From assembly GCA_965227295.1 (NCBI GenBank), contig OZ245742.1:1440001-1504000 (forward strand): a stretch of DNA of 64,000 nucleotides, read 5' to 3'. This DNA comes from Leptonemataceae bacterium. Its GTDB lineage: Bacteria; Spirochaetota; Leptospiria; Leptospirales; Leptonemataceae. The notes below the pieces were generated by a model. The model was not told where the DNA came from and ran no database searches. It saw only the letters and a list, made by a program, of their open reading frames with translations. The stretch's first letter is position 1. Each line of letters starts with the position of its first letter. Shown piece after piece: positions 53,075 to 64,000 of this stretch. A program made the translations under genes and the position numbers.

Positions 53075-54149
53075 GAGCATTCAGATCAAATCGAACATCC
53101 AGGATTACGGCGTCTCGTTTTCGCCGGACTTCACGCAAGAACTCGCGCGGGACATCGCCGGAGACGCCGGGGCCGTGCTCATCGACGCGAAGGTTTACGA
53201 TCTTTACAAAGATCGCCTGGAAGCGGTACTCGGGGATTTCCCGACGCTGCGCATCGAGGCGACGGAACGCAACAAAGGTCTGGCTTACGTCGAGAACGTC
53301 GTGGACTTTCTCATGCGGTCCGGCTTCAAAAAAAGCAAGGCCCTCATTGCGATCGGCGGCGGCATCATCCAGGACCTTACGTGTTTTACGGCGTCGACAT
53401 TGTTTCGCGGCATCGACTGGATCTTTTATCCGACGACTCTGCTGGCTCAGTGCGACAGTTGCATCGGCAGCAAGAGTTCCATCAACGTCGGTCCGTACAA
53501 GAATCAACTCGGCACGTTTTATCCGCCGCGCCACATCGTCATCGATGTCGGGTTCACGCGCACCCTGGATCCGCGAGACGTCGTCTCCGGCCTCGGAGAA
53601 GCCATCAAGGTTCATTATCTCGACGATCAACTGCGCAACGAAGCGATCTTTCAAAAATACGACGGCTACGCGGACCCGGCGGTGCTCGAAGAAATCATCT
53701 ACGACAGCCTTCTGATTAAGAAAGACGTGATTGAGAAAGACGAGTACGACCGCGACTATCGCAACATCATGAATTACGGGCACACCTTCGGCCATGCCAT
53801 CGAGAGCGCGTCGAACTACGGACTGCCCCACGGCGTGGCGGTCAGCGTCGGCATGGGCCTCGCGAACAGTCTGTCCCGGGAGCTGGATTTGCTCTCGCAG
53901 GGCGACTACGAAAAGATGGACGGTCTCATCCGCAAGAACGTCGGCGATACGAAGATCGCGAGCTTCGATTACCAGGCCTTCTGGTCTGCCATGGCGCGGG
54001 ACAAAAAGAACGTGGACTCCCGGGTTACGTTCATTCTCACGCGCGGTTTCGGTCAAATGTTCAAGAACCGCCTGGAGCTGGACGATCCGCTCAAGGGTTC
54101 TATTCGTAACTATCTGGAATCGTACGTTAGCCTGGTCGAAACGAAATGA
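53067..54149 (+). CDS. 3-dehydroquinate synthase-like sugar-phosphate cyclase
   Basis: GGGIIQD, PTTLLAQCDSCIGSK, KNQLGTF, NYGHTFGHAIE, HG.AV, DKK. GTG start 53067 overlaps the SDR stop. Confidence 0.85.
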   Translation: MPESIQIKSNIQDYGVSFSPDFTQELARDIAGDAGAVLIDAKVYDLYKDRLEAVLGDFPTLRIEATERNKGLAYVENVVDFLMRSGFKKSKALIAIGGGIIQDLTCFTASTLFRGIDWIFYPTTLLAQCDSCIGSKSSINVGPYKNQLGTFYPPRHIVIDVGFTRTLDPRDVVSGLGEAIKVHYLDDQLRNEAIFQKYDGYADPAVLEEIIYDSLLIKKDVIEKDEYDRDYRNIMNYGHTFGHAIESASNYGLPHGVAVSVGMGLANSLSRELDLLSQGDYEKMDGLIRKNVGDTKIASFDYQAFWSAMARDKKNVDSRVTFILTRGFGQMFKNRLELDDPLKGSIRNYLESYVSLVETK

Positions 54150-55444
54150 TTGTATTCGTACTGCGTCGCTACAACGACGTCGACCACGTCGTGCCGGTGA
54201 TCGATCGCCTGGTGCGCGACGAGGGTCCCGACGCCGTGCGCGTTTTTTCCGCGAATCCGCTGATGGATGTGGACGCAGACTTTCGGCTGGCGCATCTTAA
54301 GAAACTCGGTGTAAACGTTGGCTACCTGTACGCGGTCGGTCGGCGCGGGTTGATGCATCGTTTTTCGGCATGGTGGGGCCGCCGCCTGTTGATCGGACAC
54401 ACGGAGAAACGCGGCCGTTTGCGAGAAGCATTGTTGCAGATGCTCATGAATCGCAGCAAATGGTTCAGCATACGCTGGGCCGAGTCGGTGCTGGAAGAGT
54501 GCAATGCTGCGACCCTGGTCTACGACTGGCACCGTCCGCGCACCCGGGCGACGATGCAACTTTTGCGTGCGGCGCGGCGCAAAGGTGTGCGCAGTTGCAG
54601 TTTGCCCCACGGCATCACACTATTCTCGAATGAACTGGTAAACGTAAAGGCCGTGCGTCGCGGCAGCGATCAGGACTACGCCCGGGACTGGAAATATTAC
54701 GATACCAGCGTTGTGAACTCGAAGGCCATGTTCGATCGTGTTACCGGTGCGGGACTGTCCGCCGGGCGTGTGCGCGTGATCGGCAGCGCGCGTTACTGTA
54801 GCGAATGGCGGCGGAAGTACGAAAGTCTTTGTCCGCCGGAACATGTGGAGTCCGATCCGACCAGGAAGCTTCGGCTGGTGTTCATGGATCATGCGGCGGC
54901 CTATCGCCACGACGTCGAGCGCACCCTGGAAAGCATCCGGCGCATTCAGACCCTGGGTTTCGTGGACTTAATCGTAAAACCCAGCACCGCCGGCCTGCTG
55001 AGCCCGAAAATCGGCCGCAAATCAATGACGTCGCACGAGATCTATCATCTGGCCCGGGTCGAAGAACAACTTTCCTCGTACCGGCTCATTGAATGGGCCG
55101 ATGCAATCCTATGCGCCACGTCGAGCATTTGCGTGGAAGCGTTGCAGCAAAACAAGGTCTTTCTGTATCCCTCTTACTTCGTCGAGAATACGATGATCTT
55201 CGACGAACTGAATGCTTGCTGGCGTTTGAACGACGAGGACGAACTCTTAGAAGCCCTTCGGCGTTTGAGCGAAGATCCCGGTTATCGCCCGTACCGGGAT
55301 GCGGACGTGGAACGATTCATCGTCGAAACGATCTACGGCGGGCGCGCCGACCGGGACGTCCTCGGTGAGTTTCTCGACGTCATTCGCGGAGAAGAGCAAA
55401 CCACTGCGGGCTCTAATGTACGCTATACAGAGATTAGTGAATGA
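54146..55444 (+). CDS. Hypothetical protein, possible GT-B glycosyl/ulosonyl transferase
   Basis: Translationally coupled on both sides; LPHG, GSARY, LIEWAD...SSICVEAL resemble a GT-B C-terminal domain. Confidence 0.55.
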   Translation: MIVFVLRRYNDVDHVVPVIDRLVRDEGPDAVRVFSANPLMDVDADFRLAHLKKLGVNVGYLYAVGRRGLMHRFSAWWGRRLLIGHTEKRGRLREALLQMLMNRSKWFSIRWAESVLEECNAATLVYDWHRPRTRATMQLLRAARRKGVRSCSLPHGITLFSNELVNVKAVRRGSDQDYARDWKYYDTSVVNSKAMFDRVTGAGLSAGRVRVIGSARYCSEWRRKYESLCPPEHVESDPTRKLRLVFMDHAAAYRHDVERTLESIRRIQTLGFVDLIVKPSTAGLLSPKIGRKSMTSHEIYHLARVEEQLSSYRLIEWADAILCATSSICVEALQQNKVFLYPSYFVENTMIFDELNACWRLNDEDELLEALRRLSEDPGYRPYRDADVERFIVETIYGGRADRDVLGEFLDVIRGEEQTTAGSNVRYTEISE

Positions 55445-56196
55445 AAACCGTTGCCATGATCCCCGCCCGGATGGCGGCCACTCGCTTCCCGAACAAACCG
55501 CTCGCGCCGATTTTGGGCCTGCCCATGATCGAACACGTCCGCCGGCGCGTGGCCTTGTGCGAGGATCTCGACGAGGTCATCGTGGCCACCTGCGACGACG
55601 AGATTCGCGCGGCTGTCGAGCAATACGGCGGGCGGGTTGTGATGACCGGCGATCACCACGAGCGCTGCACGGATCGTATCGCCGAGGGCGCGGAACATCT
55701 GAAGGGCTTCGACATCGTCGTCAACGTACAGGGGGATGAACCTCTGGTCATTCCCGAGGCGATCAGCAGCGTTGTGCGTCCCCTGCTGGAAGATCCGGGC
55801 CTGGTTTCCGCGAACCTCGCGGCGCCCATCCTGAGCGACGAAGAGTTTCAGGATCCGAACGCGCCGAAACTGGTGCAGAACCTGGCCGGTGATTTGCTCT
55901 ACATCTCCCGTGAGCCCATTCCGTCGCGCAAGAAGTATCACAGCGACGATTACAAAAAGCTCAAACAACTCGGCATCATTTCGTTTCGCGCGGACTTTCT
56001 GCAAACGTTCAGCAAGCTGGAGCCCACTCCCCTGGAACAGATCGAGTCGTGTGACATGATGCGTGCCGTGGAGCACGGCTATCGAGTGCGTGTGGTGGAG
56101 TTTGTCGGTGAGTTTATCGGCGTCGATCTGCCGCGGGACATCGATCGCGTGGAAGCGAAACTGCGCAACGATCCGCTCCTCCCGCGGTACGCCTGA
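55441..56196 (+). CDS. 3-deoxy-manno-octulosonate cytidylyltransferase family protein (KdsB-like)
   Basis: IPAR..ATRFPNKPL, VATCD, CTDR, NVQGDEP, SREPIP, LEQIE, VD.P.D. Confidence 0.9.
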   Translation: MKTVAMIPARMAATRFPNKPLAPILGLPMIEHVRRRVALCEDLDEVIVATCDDEIRAAVEQYGGRVVMTGDHHERCTDRIAEGAEHLKGFDIVVNVQGDEPLVIPEAISSVVRPLLEDPGLVSANLAAPILSDEEFQDPNAPKLVQNLAGDLLYISREPIPSRKKYHSDDYKKLKQLGIISFRADFLQTFSKLEPTPLEQIESCDMMRAVEHGYRVRVVEFVGEFIGVDLPRDIDRVEAKLRNDPLLPRYA

Positions 56197-56269
56197 ACCA
56201 GTGTTCTCCTTGACAGGGCGTCGGCGGGGAAAACCTTACCAGATCTCCGGACACCTCGACTTTGTATTC

Positions 56270-57133
56270 ATGCACGTACCCGACACAAACACGGTCGAAG
56301 GCCTGAACGAAAAGGACTTCGAACATGTCCTGCGCCCGGCCAAACGCGTCAGTGCGCCGAACCTTGCGGACCTCTGGAGATACCGCAGCCTCGTGTACAT
56401 GCTCGTCATTCGAGAGGTGCAGGGCAAGTACCGGCAATCGGTCTTAGGATTTGCCTGGGCGTTCATGCCTGCCTTAACGCAAATGCTCATCTTCACCGTA
56501 TTGTTCGGTGAAGTGGCCCAACTCGGGCCGGACAACATTCCGTATCCCATCTTCTCCTATGCCGCGCTGTTGCCCTGGACGTTCTTCGCGACGGCGCTCA
56601 CTTCCGCCGGGGGGAGCGTTGTTTCCGGTCGCGGCCTGTTTACGAAAGTATACTTTCCGAGGCTGGTCCTTCCCCTCGCGGGAGTCTGCGCCGCCCTGGT
56701 CGATCTCGCCATCTCGTCGGTGATCATGGGACTGCTGATGCTCTACTTCGGAGTCGTTCCGGGGATTGAGATTCTGCTGCTGCCTGTGTTTATTCTAATT
56801 GCGATTGGAACTGCGCTGGGTGTCGGGCTGTGGCTAACCGCGGCCAGCGTAAAGTACCGTGATGTGAAGTTTGCAACTCCGTTCATGGTGCAGATCTGGA
56901 TGTACATAACACCGGTCATCTTTTCCCTGGATAAAATTCCCGAGGAATATCGTTACCTGCTCTGGTTGAATCCCATGACCGGCGTCATCGAAGGCTTTCG
57001 CTGGGCCCTGGTCGGTCAGGCGCCGCCGGAGTGGTCGCTCATGGGCCTGAGCCTCGGCGTGATCGCGGTGATCTTAATCGGCGGCGTCATTTACTTCACG
57101 TCCTTCGAACGCAAGTTCGCCGACATCGTATAA
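56270..57133 (+). CDS. wzm: Polysaccharide ABC exporter permease
   Basis: LWRYR.L, YRQSVLG.AW, KVYFPR, YRD, LNP...IE.FR, FADIV. Confidence 0.92.
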   Translation: MHVPDTNTVEGLNEKDFEHVLRPAKRVSAPNLADLWRYRSLVYMLVIREVQGKYRQSVLGFAWAFMPALTQMLIFTVLFGEVAQLGPDNIPYPIFSYAALLPWTFFATALTSAGGSVVSGRGLFTKVYFPRLVLPLAGVCAALVDLAISSVIMGLLMLYFGVVPGIEILLLPVFILIAIGTALGVGLWLTAASVKYRDVKFATPFMVQIWMYITPVIFSLDKIPEEYRYLLWLNPMTGVIEGFRWALVGQAPPEWSLMGLSLGVIAVILIGGVIYFTSFERKFADIV

Positions 57134-57134
57134 C

Positions 57135-60279
<3,145 letters not shown>

Positions 60280-60306
60280 ATCATTAGCTTTGGTTTACAT
60301 AAACTT

Positions 60307-61497
60307 ATGAAACGATTCACCGATCTTGAAAAAAAATACGTCCTCGAAGCCCTGGAGAACGAGTTTCAGACTTCGAAAAACGGCATCTACAATCGTCGCC
60401 TGGAAGACGCCTTCGCCGCGAAGTTCGGTGTCGGTTACGCCCTGGGCCACGTCAACGGAACGGCCACCATGCATACGGCGTTGGCCGCCCTGGGCGTGAA
60501 GCCCGGCGACGAAGTCATCGTGCCGCCGCTGACCATGTCGGCCACTTCCCTCGCGGTCTTGCAAAACGGATCGATCCCGGTCTACGCTGACGTGGACCCG
60601 GACACGTGCAACATCGACGCGGCTTCCATCGAAAAATGCGTCACCGATAAAACTCGCGCGATCATTAGCGTCGCCCTGTTCGGCCTCGCCCCGGATTACG
60701 ACGCGATCCTGGCAGTGTGCCGCAAACATGATCTCTTCTTAATTGAAGACAACGCCGAGTGTTTTCTGGGGATGTACAAAGGTAAACCCGCCGGATGTTT
60801 CGGCGACTTCGCGAGCTACTCGTTCCAGGCGAGCAAACACATGACCTGCGGCGAGGGCGGCATGTTGATTACGGACAGCGAGGAGCTTGCGGATCGCGGG
60901 CGGCGCTTCAGTACCCTGGGCTACGCCAACGTCAGTTCGAAGGTGAACAAGATTTCCAAAGAGGACATTCAGTCGCCGGACTTCGATCGTCACGTGGCGC
61001 TGGGATTCAATTATCGTATGTCCGAGCTACAGGCGGCCGTGGCCCTGGGCCAGTTGGAACGACTGGACGACCTCGTGGCCGCGCGCGTACATGCTGCGAA
61101 GCTCTTTGATCAGGTCCTCGCCGAAGAGAAGGTCTCGTACCTGCGCCGTCAGGCCGAACCCGAGGGGTACGTAAACTCCTACTGGGCCTGGGCGGTGGTG
61201 CTCGAAACCACGAAACCGGAAACCGATTGGTTTACGTTTCGTAAGATTTTTCGCGGCCACGGCGGCGACGGTTACTACGCTGCCTGGAAGCTTTCGTACA
61301 TGGAGCCGTACTTCAAGAACGACGTGCAGAAACTTCCCGGCGTTACGCAACAGTACGCGCCGGGTCTCTGTCCGAACGCAGAACATCTACAGTCTCGACT
61401 CAAGCTGTTCAAAACGAATTACTGGGACCCGGCCGAGGCCGAGGCCCAGGCGGAAATTTTACGCAAGACCGTGCGGGAGTTCGCTCCCGAGGATTGA
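60307..61497 (+). CDS. DegT/DnrJ/EryC1/StrS family aminotransferase
   Basis: NGTA, PGDEVIVP, EDNA, SFQASKHMTCGEGG, GFNYRM. Confidence 0.92.
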   Translation: MKRFTDLEKKYVLEALENEFQTSKNGIYNRRLEDAFAAKFGVGYALGHVNGTATMHTALAALGVKPGDEVIVPPLTMSATSLAVLQNGSIPVYADVDPDTCNIDAASIEKCVTDKTRAIISVALFGLAPDYDAILAVCRKHDLFLIEDNAECFLGMYKGKPAGCFGDFASYSFQASKHMTCGEGGMLITDSEELADRGRRFSTLGYANVSSKVNKISKEDIQSPDFDRHVALGFNYRMSELQAAVALGQLERLDDLVAARVHAAKLFDQVLAEEKVSYLRRQAEPEGYVNSYWAWAVVLETTKPETDWFTFRKIFRGHGGDGYYAAWKLSYMEPYFKNDVQKLPGVTQQYAPGLCPNAEHLQSRLKLFKTNYWDPAEAEAQAEILRKTVREFAPED

Positions 61498-61503
61498 ACG
61501 CGC

Positions 61504-62409
61504 ATGCGAATCCTCGTCACAGGATACACCGGGATGCTCGGCCGGCGCGTGCGCGAAAGCCTCGGCCGTGCCGGAGGCGGTGTCGAGGTCTTCGGCGCGT
61601 CTCGTTCGCCTTCGGAGGATCTGCCGAAAAATCGCAGCTTTCAGGGAGACGTCTCCGATCCGTCCTTTATGCGTCGGATCATGATTGATCTGCGCCCGGC
61701 GGCGGTGGTGCACTGTGCGGCACTCACGGACGTGAACGCCTGCGAGAGCCGGCGCGACGAAGCCTGGCAACTGCACGTGGACAGTACGCAAATCTTAGCC
61801 GAGTATAACTTAAAGTTAGTCTACATTTCCACGGACTCCGTTTTTGACGGTCGCCGGGGCAACTACCTCGAAGGCGATGAAACGAATCCGTTGAACCACT
61901 ACGCGGCCACGAAGCTGGCCGGCGAAAAAGCGGCCGCGGGAGACCAGGCCGAGGCCGTCATCTTGCGTACGAACATTTACGGTTCGCATTCGGCGCGGCA
62001 TCCAGGCAAGTCCCTGGCCGAGTGGGCCCTGGGCGCGCTGGAGAAACAAGAAGAGATTCGCGGCTTTCACGACGTTTACTTTAACCCCCTCTACACCGGC
62101 CAGGTGGCCGAACTGGTGCACGAGGCGGTCATCGGCAAACGTTTCCCGGCGGGTACGTACCACGCCGGGAGCACGCAAAGCATCAGCAAGTACGAGTTCC
62201 TTTGCGTCCTCGCCCGTTGCTTCGGCTACGACGACACATTGATTCAGAGCGTTTCCATCGACGAGATGGGCTTCGATGCCGAACGGCCGAAAAACACCGT
62301 GCTGAACATCGAGCGTATGTGCGCGCATCTTTCCGGTTCGGAGGCCCTGGATCTACGCAGCGGCCTGGATCGCTTTCGTGCGGACTATCAGCAAGAACGC
62401 GGCGAGTAA
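61504..62409 (+). CDS. RmlD-like NDP-4-keto-sugar reductase (SDR)
   Basis: TGYTGMLG, HCAA.T.V, YISTDSVFDG, YAATK, RP....L. Confidence 0.87.
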   Translation: MRILVTGYTGMLGRRVRESLGRAGGGVEVFGASRSPSEDLPKNRSFQGDVSDPSFMRRIMIDLRPAAVVHCAALTDVNACESRRDEAWQLHVDSTQILAEYNLKLVYISTDSVFDGRRGNYLEGDETNPLNHYAATKLAGEKAAAGDQAEAVILRTNIYGSHSARHPGKSLAEWALGALEKQEEIRGFHDVYFNPLYTGQVAELVHEAVIGKRFPAGTYHAGSTQSISKYEFLCVLARCFGYDDTLIQSVSIDEMGFDAERPKNTVLNIERMCAHLSGSEALDLRSGLDRFRADYQQERGE

Positions 62410-62442
62410 CTTGTAAGAAGCGCCGGCTACAGGAGAAAATCC

Positions 62443-63513
62443 ATGACGAACACCATAAACATCGGTAAACGCAAGTTAGGCCCCGGGCATCCGTTGTACT
62501 TTATTGCGGATGTCGCCGCGAATCACGACGGCGATCTGGACCGCGCGTTTCGATTGATTGAACTCGCGAAAGAAGCGGGGGCGGACGCGGCGAAGTTCCA
62601 GAACTTCAAGGCGCCGAAGATCGTATCGCGCAAGGGCTTCGACAGCCTGGGCGGGCAACTGTCGCACCAGGCATCCTGGAAAAAGTCCGTCTTCGAAGTG
62701 TACGAGGACGCCAGCGTCGCCGACGAGTGGACGACGAAACTCAAGGCGAAGTGCGACGAGGTGGGCATCGACTACTTCACGTCGCCGTACGACTTCGAGT
62801 CGGTGGATCATGCCGACCCGTACGTGGATGTTTATAAGATCGGCTCAGGCGATGTTACGTGGTTGGAGATCATCGAGTACATCGCGCAAAAGGGCAAGCC
62901 GGTGATCATTGCCACCGGAGCTTCGACCATGGACGACGTGGATCGGGCCATGGCATCTTTGCAAAAGCATACGAACGACATTGTGCTCATGCAGTGCAAC
63001 ACGAACTACACGGCGAGCCCGGAGAACTTCAAGCACATCAATCTGAACGTGTTGCGTTCGTTCAAAGAAAAATATCCGGACGTGATCCTGGGGTTGTCGG
63101 ATCACACCCACGGTCACGCCACGATCCTGGGCGCCGTGGCTCTCGGCGCGCTGGCTTTTGAGAAACACTTCACGGACGACAACAATCGCGAGGGCCCGGA
63201 TCACAAGTTCGCCATGAATCCGAAAACCTGGCGGGAGATGGTGGATCGTTCCAACGAACTGTACGCGGCCCTGGGCGACGGCGTGAAGCGCATTGAGGAC
63301 AACGAGAAAGATACGGCGAGCATTCAACGCCGCGGCCTGCGTTTCGCGAAGGATCTGCCGGCCGGCCACGTTCTTCAGGAAGGCGATCTGTTCCCGCTGC
63401 GCCCCATTCACGACGACGGCGTGCCGCCGTACGAGGTCGTTAAGTTCATTGGAAAGAAACTTAAAGTGGCCCGCAATGCCGACGACCACCTGGTCGCCGC
63501 CGATGTGGAATAG
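62443..63513 (+). CDS. N-acetylneuraminate synthase family protein (paralogue 3, in a PseB-containing module)
   Basis: IADVAANHDG, AKFQ, TSPYD, KIGSGD, QCNTNY, GLSDH, EKHFT, GPDH; SAF domain. Confidence 0.9.
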   Translation: MTNTINIGKRKLGPGHPLYFIADVAANHDGDLDRAFRLIELAKEAGADAAKFQNFKAPKIVSRKGFDSLGGQLSHQASWKKSVFEVYEDASVADEWTTKLKAKCDEVGIDYFTSPYDFESVDHADPYVDVYKIGSGDVTWLEIIEYIAQKGKPVIIATGASTMDDVDRAMASLQKHTNDIVLMQCNTNYTASPENFKHINLNVLRSFKEKYPDVILGLSDHTHGHATILGAVALGALAFEKHFTDDNNREGPDHKFAMNPKTWREMVDRSNELYAALGDGVKRIEDNEKDTASIQRRGLRFAKDLPAGHVLQEGDLFPLRPIHDDGVPPYEVVKFIGKKLKVARNADDHLVAADVE

Positions 63514-63564
63514 GCGGCGCCGGGCGGCCGCGAATCCCTGCCCGGAATAGACAGGCATAACAAA

Positions 63565-64000
63565 ATGTTAAAAGGAAAGTTAGTAGGCATCACCGCCGTG
63601 GAGCGCGAGGATCTGCCGGACCTCATGCGCTGGCGGAACAATCCTGATTTGCGCAAGCACTTCCGGGAGTTTCGTGAGTTGAACAGTGACATGCAGGAGT
63701 CGTGGTTTACCGAGAAGGTCATCAAGGACCCGACGACGATCATGTTTTCGATCCGCCGGCTTTCGGACAACGAGCTGCTCGGTTGCTGCGGCCTGGTGTA
63801 CATCAACTGGGTGCATCGCAACGCCGACCTGTCGCTGTACATCGGCTGGAACGACGCCTACATCGACGACGAGGGCTACGCCGAGGAAGCCTGCCGCCTC
63901 ACGCTGCGCTACGGATTCAACGAGCTGTGCCTGCACCGAATCTGGACGGAGATCTACGTCTTCGATGAACCGAAGAAGAAGCTCTACGACAAGTTCGGCT
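63565..64000 (+). CDS. GNAT (RimJ/RimL/PseH-like) N-acyltransferase, partial
   Basis: Manual translation MLKGKLVGITAVEREDL...WRN...INWVHRNADLSLYIG...YGFNELCLHRIW; open to the window end. Confidence 0.85.
   Translation, partial: MLKGKLVGITAVEREDLPDLMRWRNNPDLRKHFREFRELNSDMQESWFTEKVIKDPTTIMFSIRRLSDNELLGCCGLVYINWVHRNADLSLYIGWNDAYIDDEGYAEEACRLTLRYGFNELCLHRIWTEIYVFDEPKKKLYDKFG

Noticed and set aside
56210-56240. Internal promoter (TTGACA) upstream of wzm
   Set aside because: Perfect -35 but no convincing -10 at 16-18 bp.

Overview
GC-rich bacterial chromosomal window. The gene set (spirochaete-style lipoprotein signals, SpoIIE phosphatases, class III cyclases, a MarR-led surface-glycan locus, a FAS-I-like acyltransferase next to efp) suggests a Leptospiraceae-like spirochaete; this is inference, not proof. 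1-8.9 kb holds two divergent peptide/nickel-type ABC operons, one interrupted by two inverted copies of a ~140-bp palindromic element. 8.9-10.5 kb is a lower-GC two-gene islet: an IrrE/ImmA-type HExxH peptidase plus a divergent class III nucleotidyl-cyclase-like protein, the best candidate for an undescribed signalling/defence module. 10.6-21.5 kb is a minus-strand run: efp, acyltransferase, atypical epimerase, DUF374, cfa and a ~1,930-aa kinase-AAA-GAF-adenylate cyclase. 21.5-29.4 kb has housekeeping/regulatory genes (KamA/EpmB, ispD, MerR with a ZntR-like promoter, thpR, engB). 29.4-30.6 kb is a second lower-GC islet of unknown ORFs, one apparently frameshifted. 31-64 kb is a large O-antigen/surface-glycan locus, truncated at the window end, with GDP-fucose genes, three NeuB paralogues, two NeuC, three CMP-ulosonate synthetases, Wzm/Wzt, PseB and an unusual aldolase/dehydrogenase/DHQ-synthase-like cassette. 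No rRNA, tRNA, CRISPR array, transposase or integrase was recognised.
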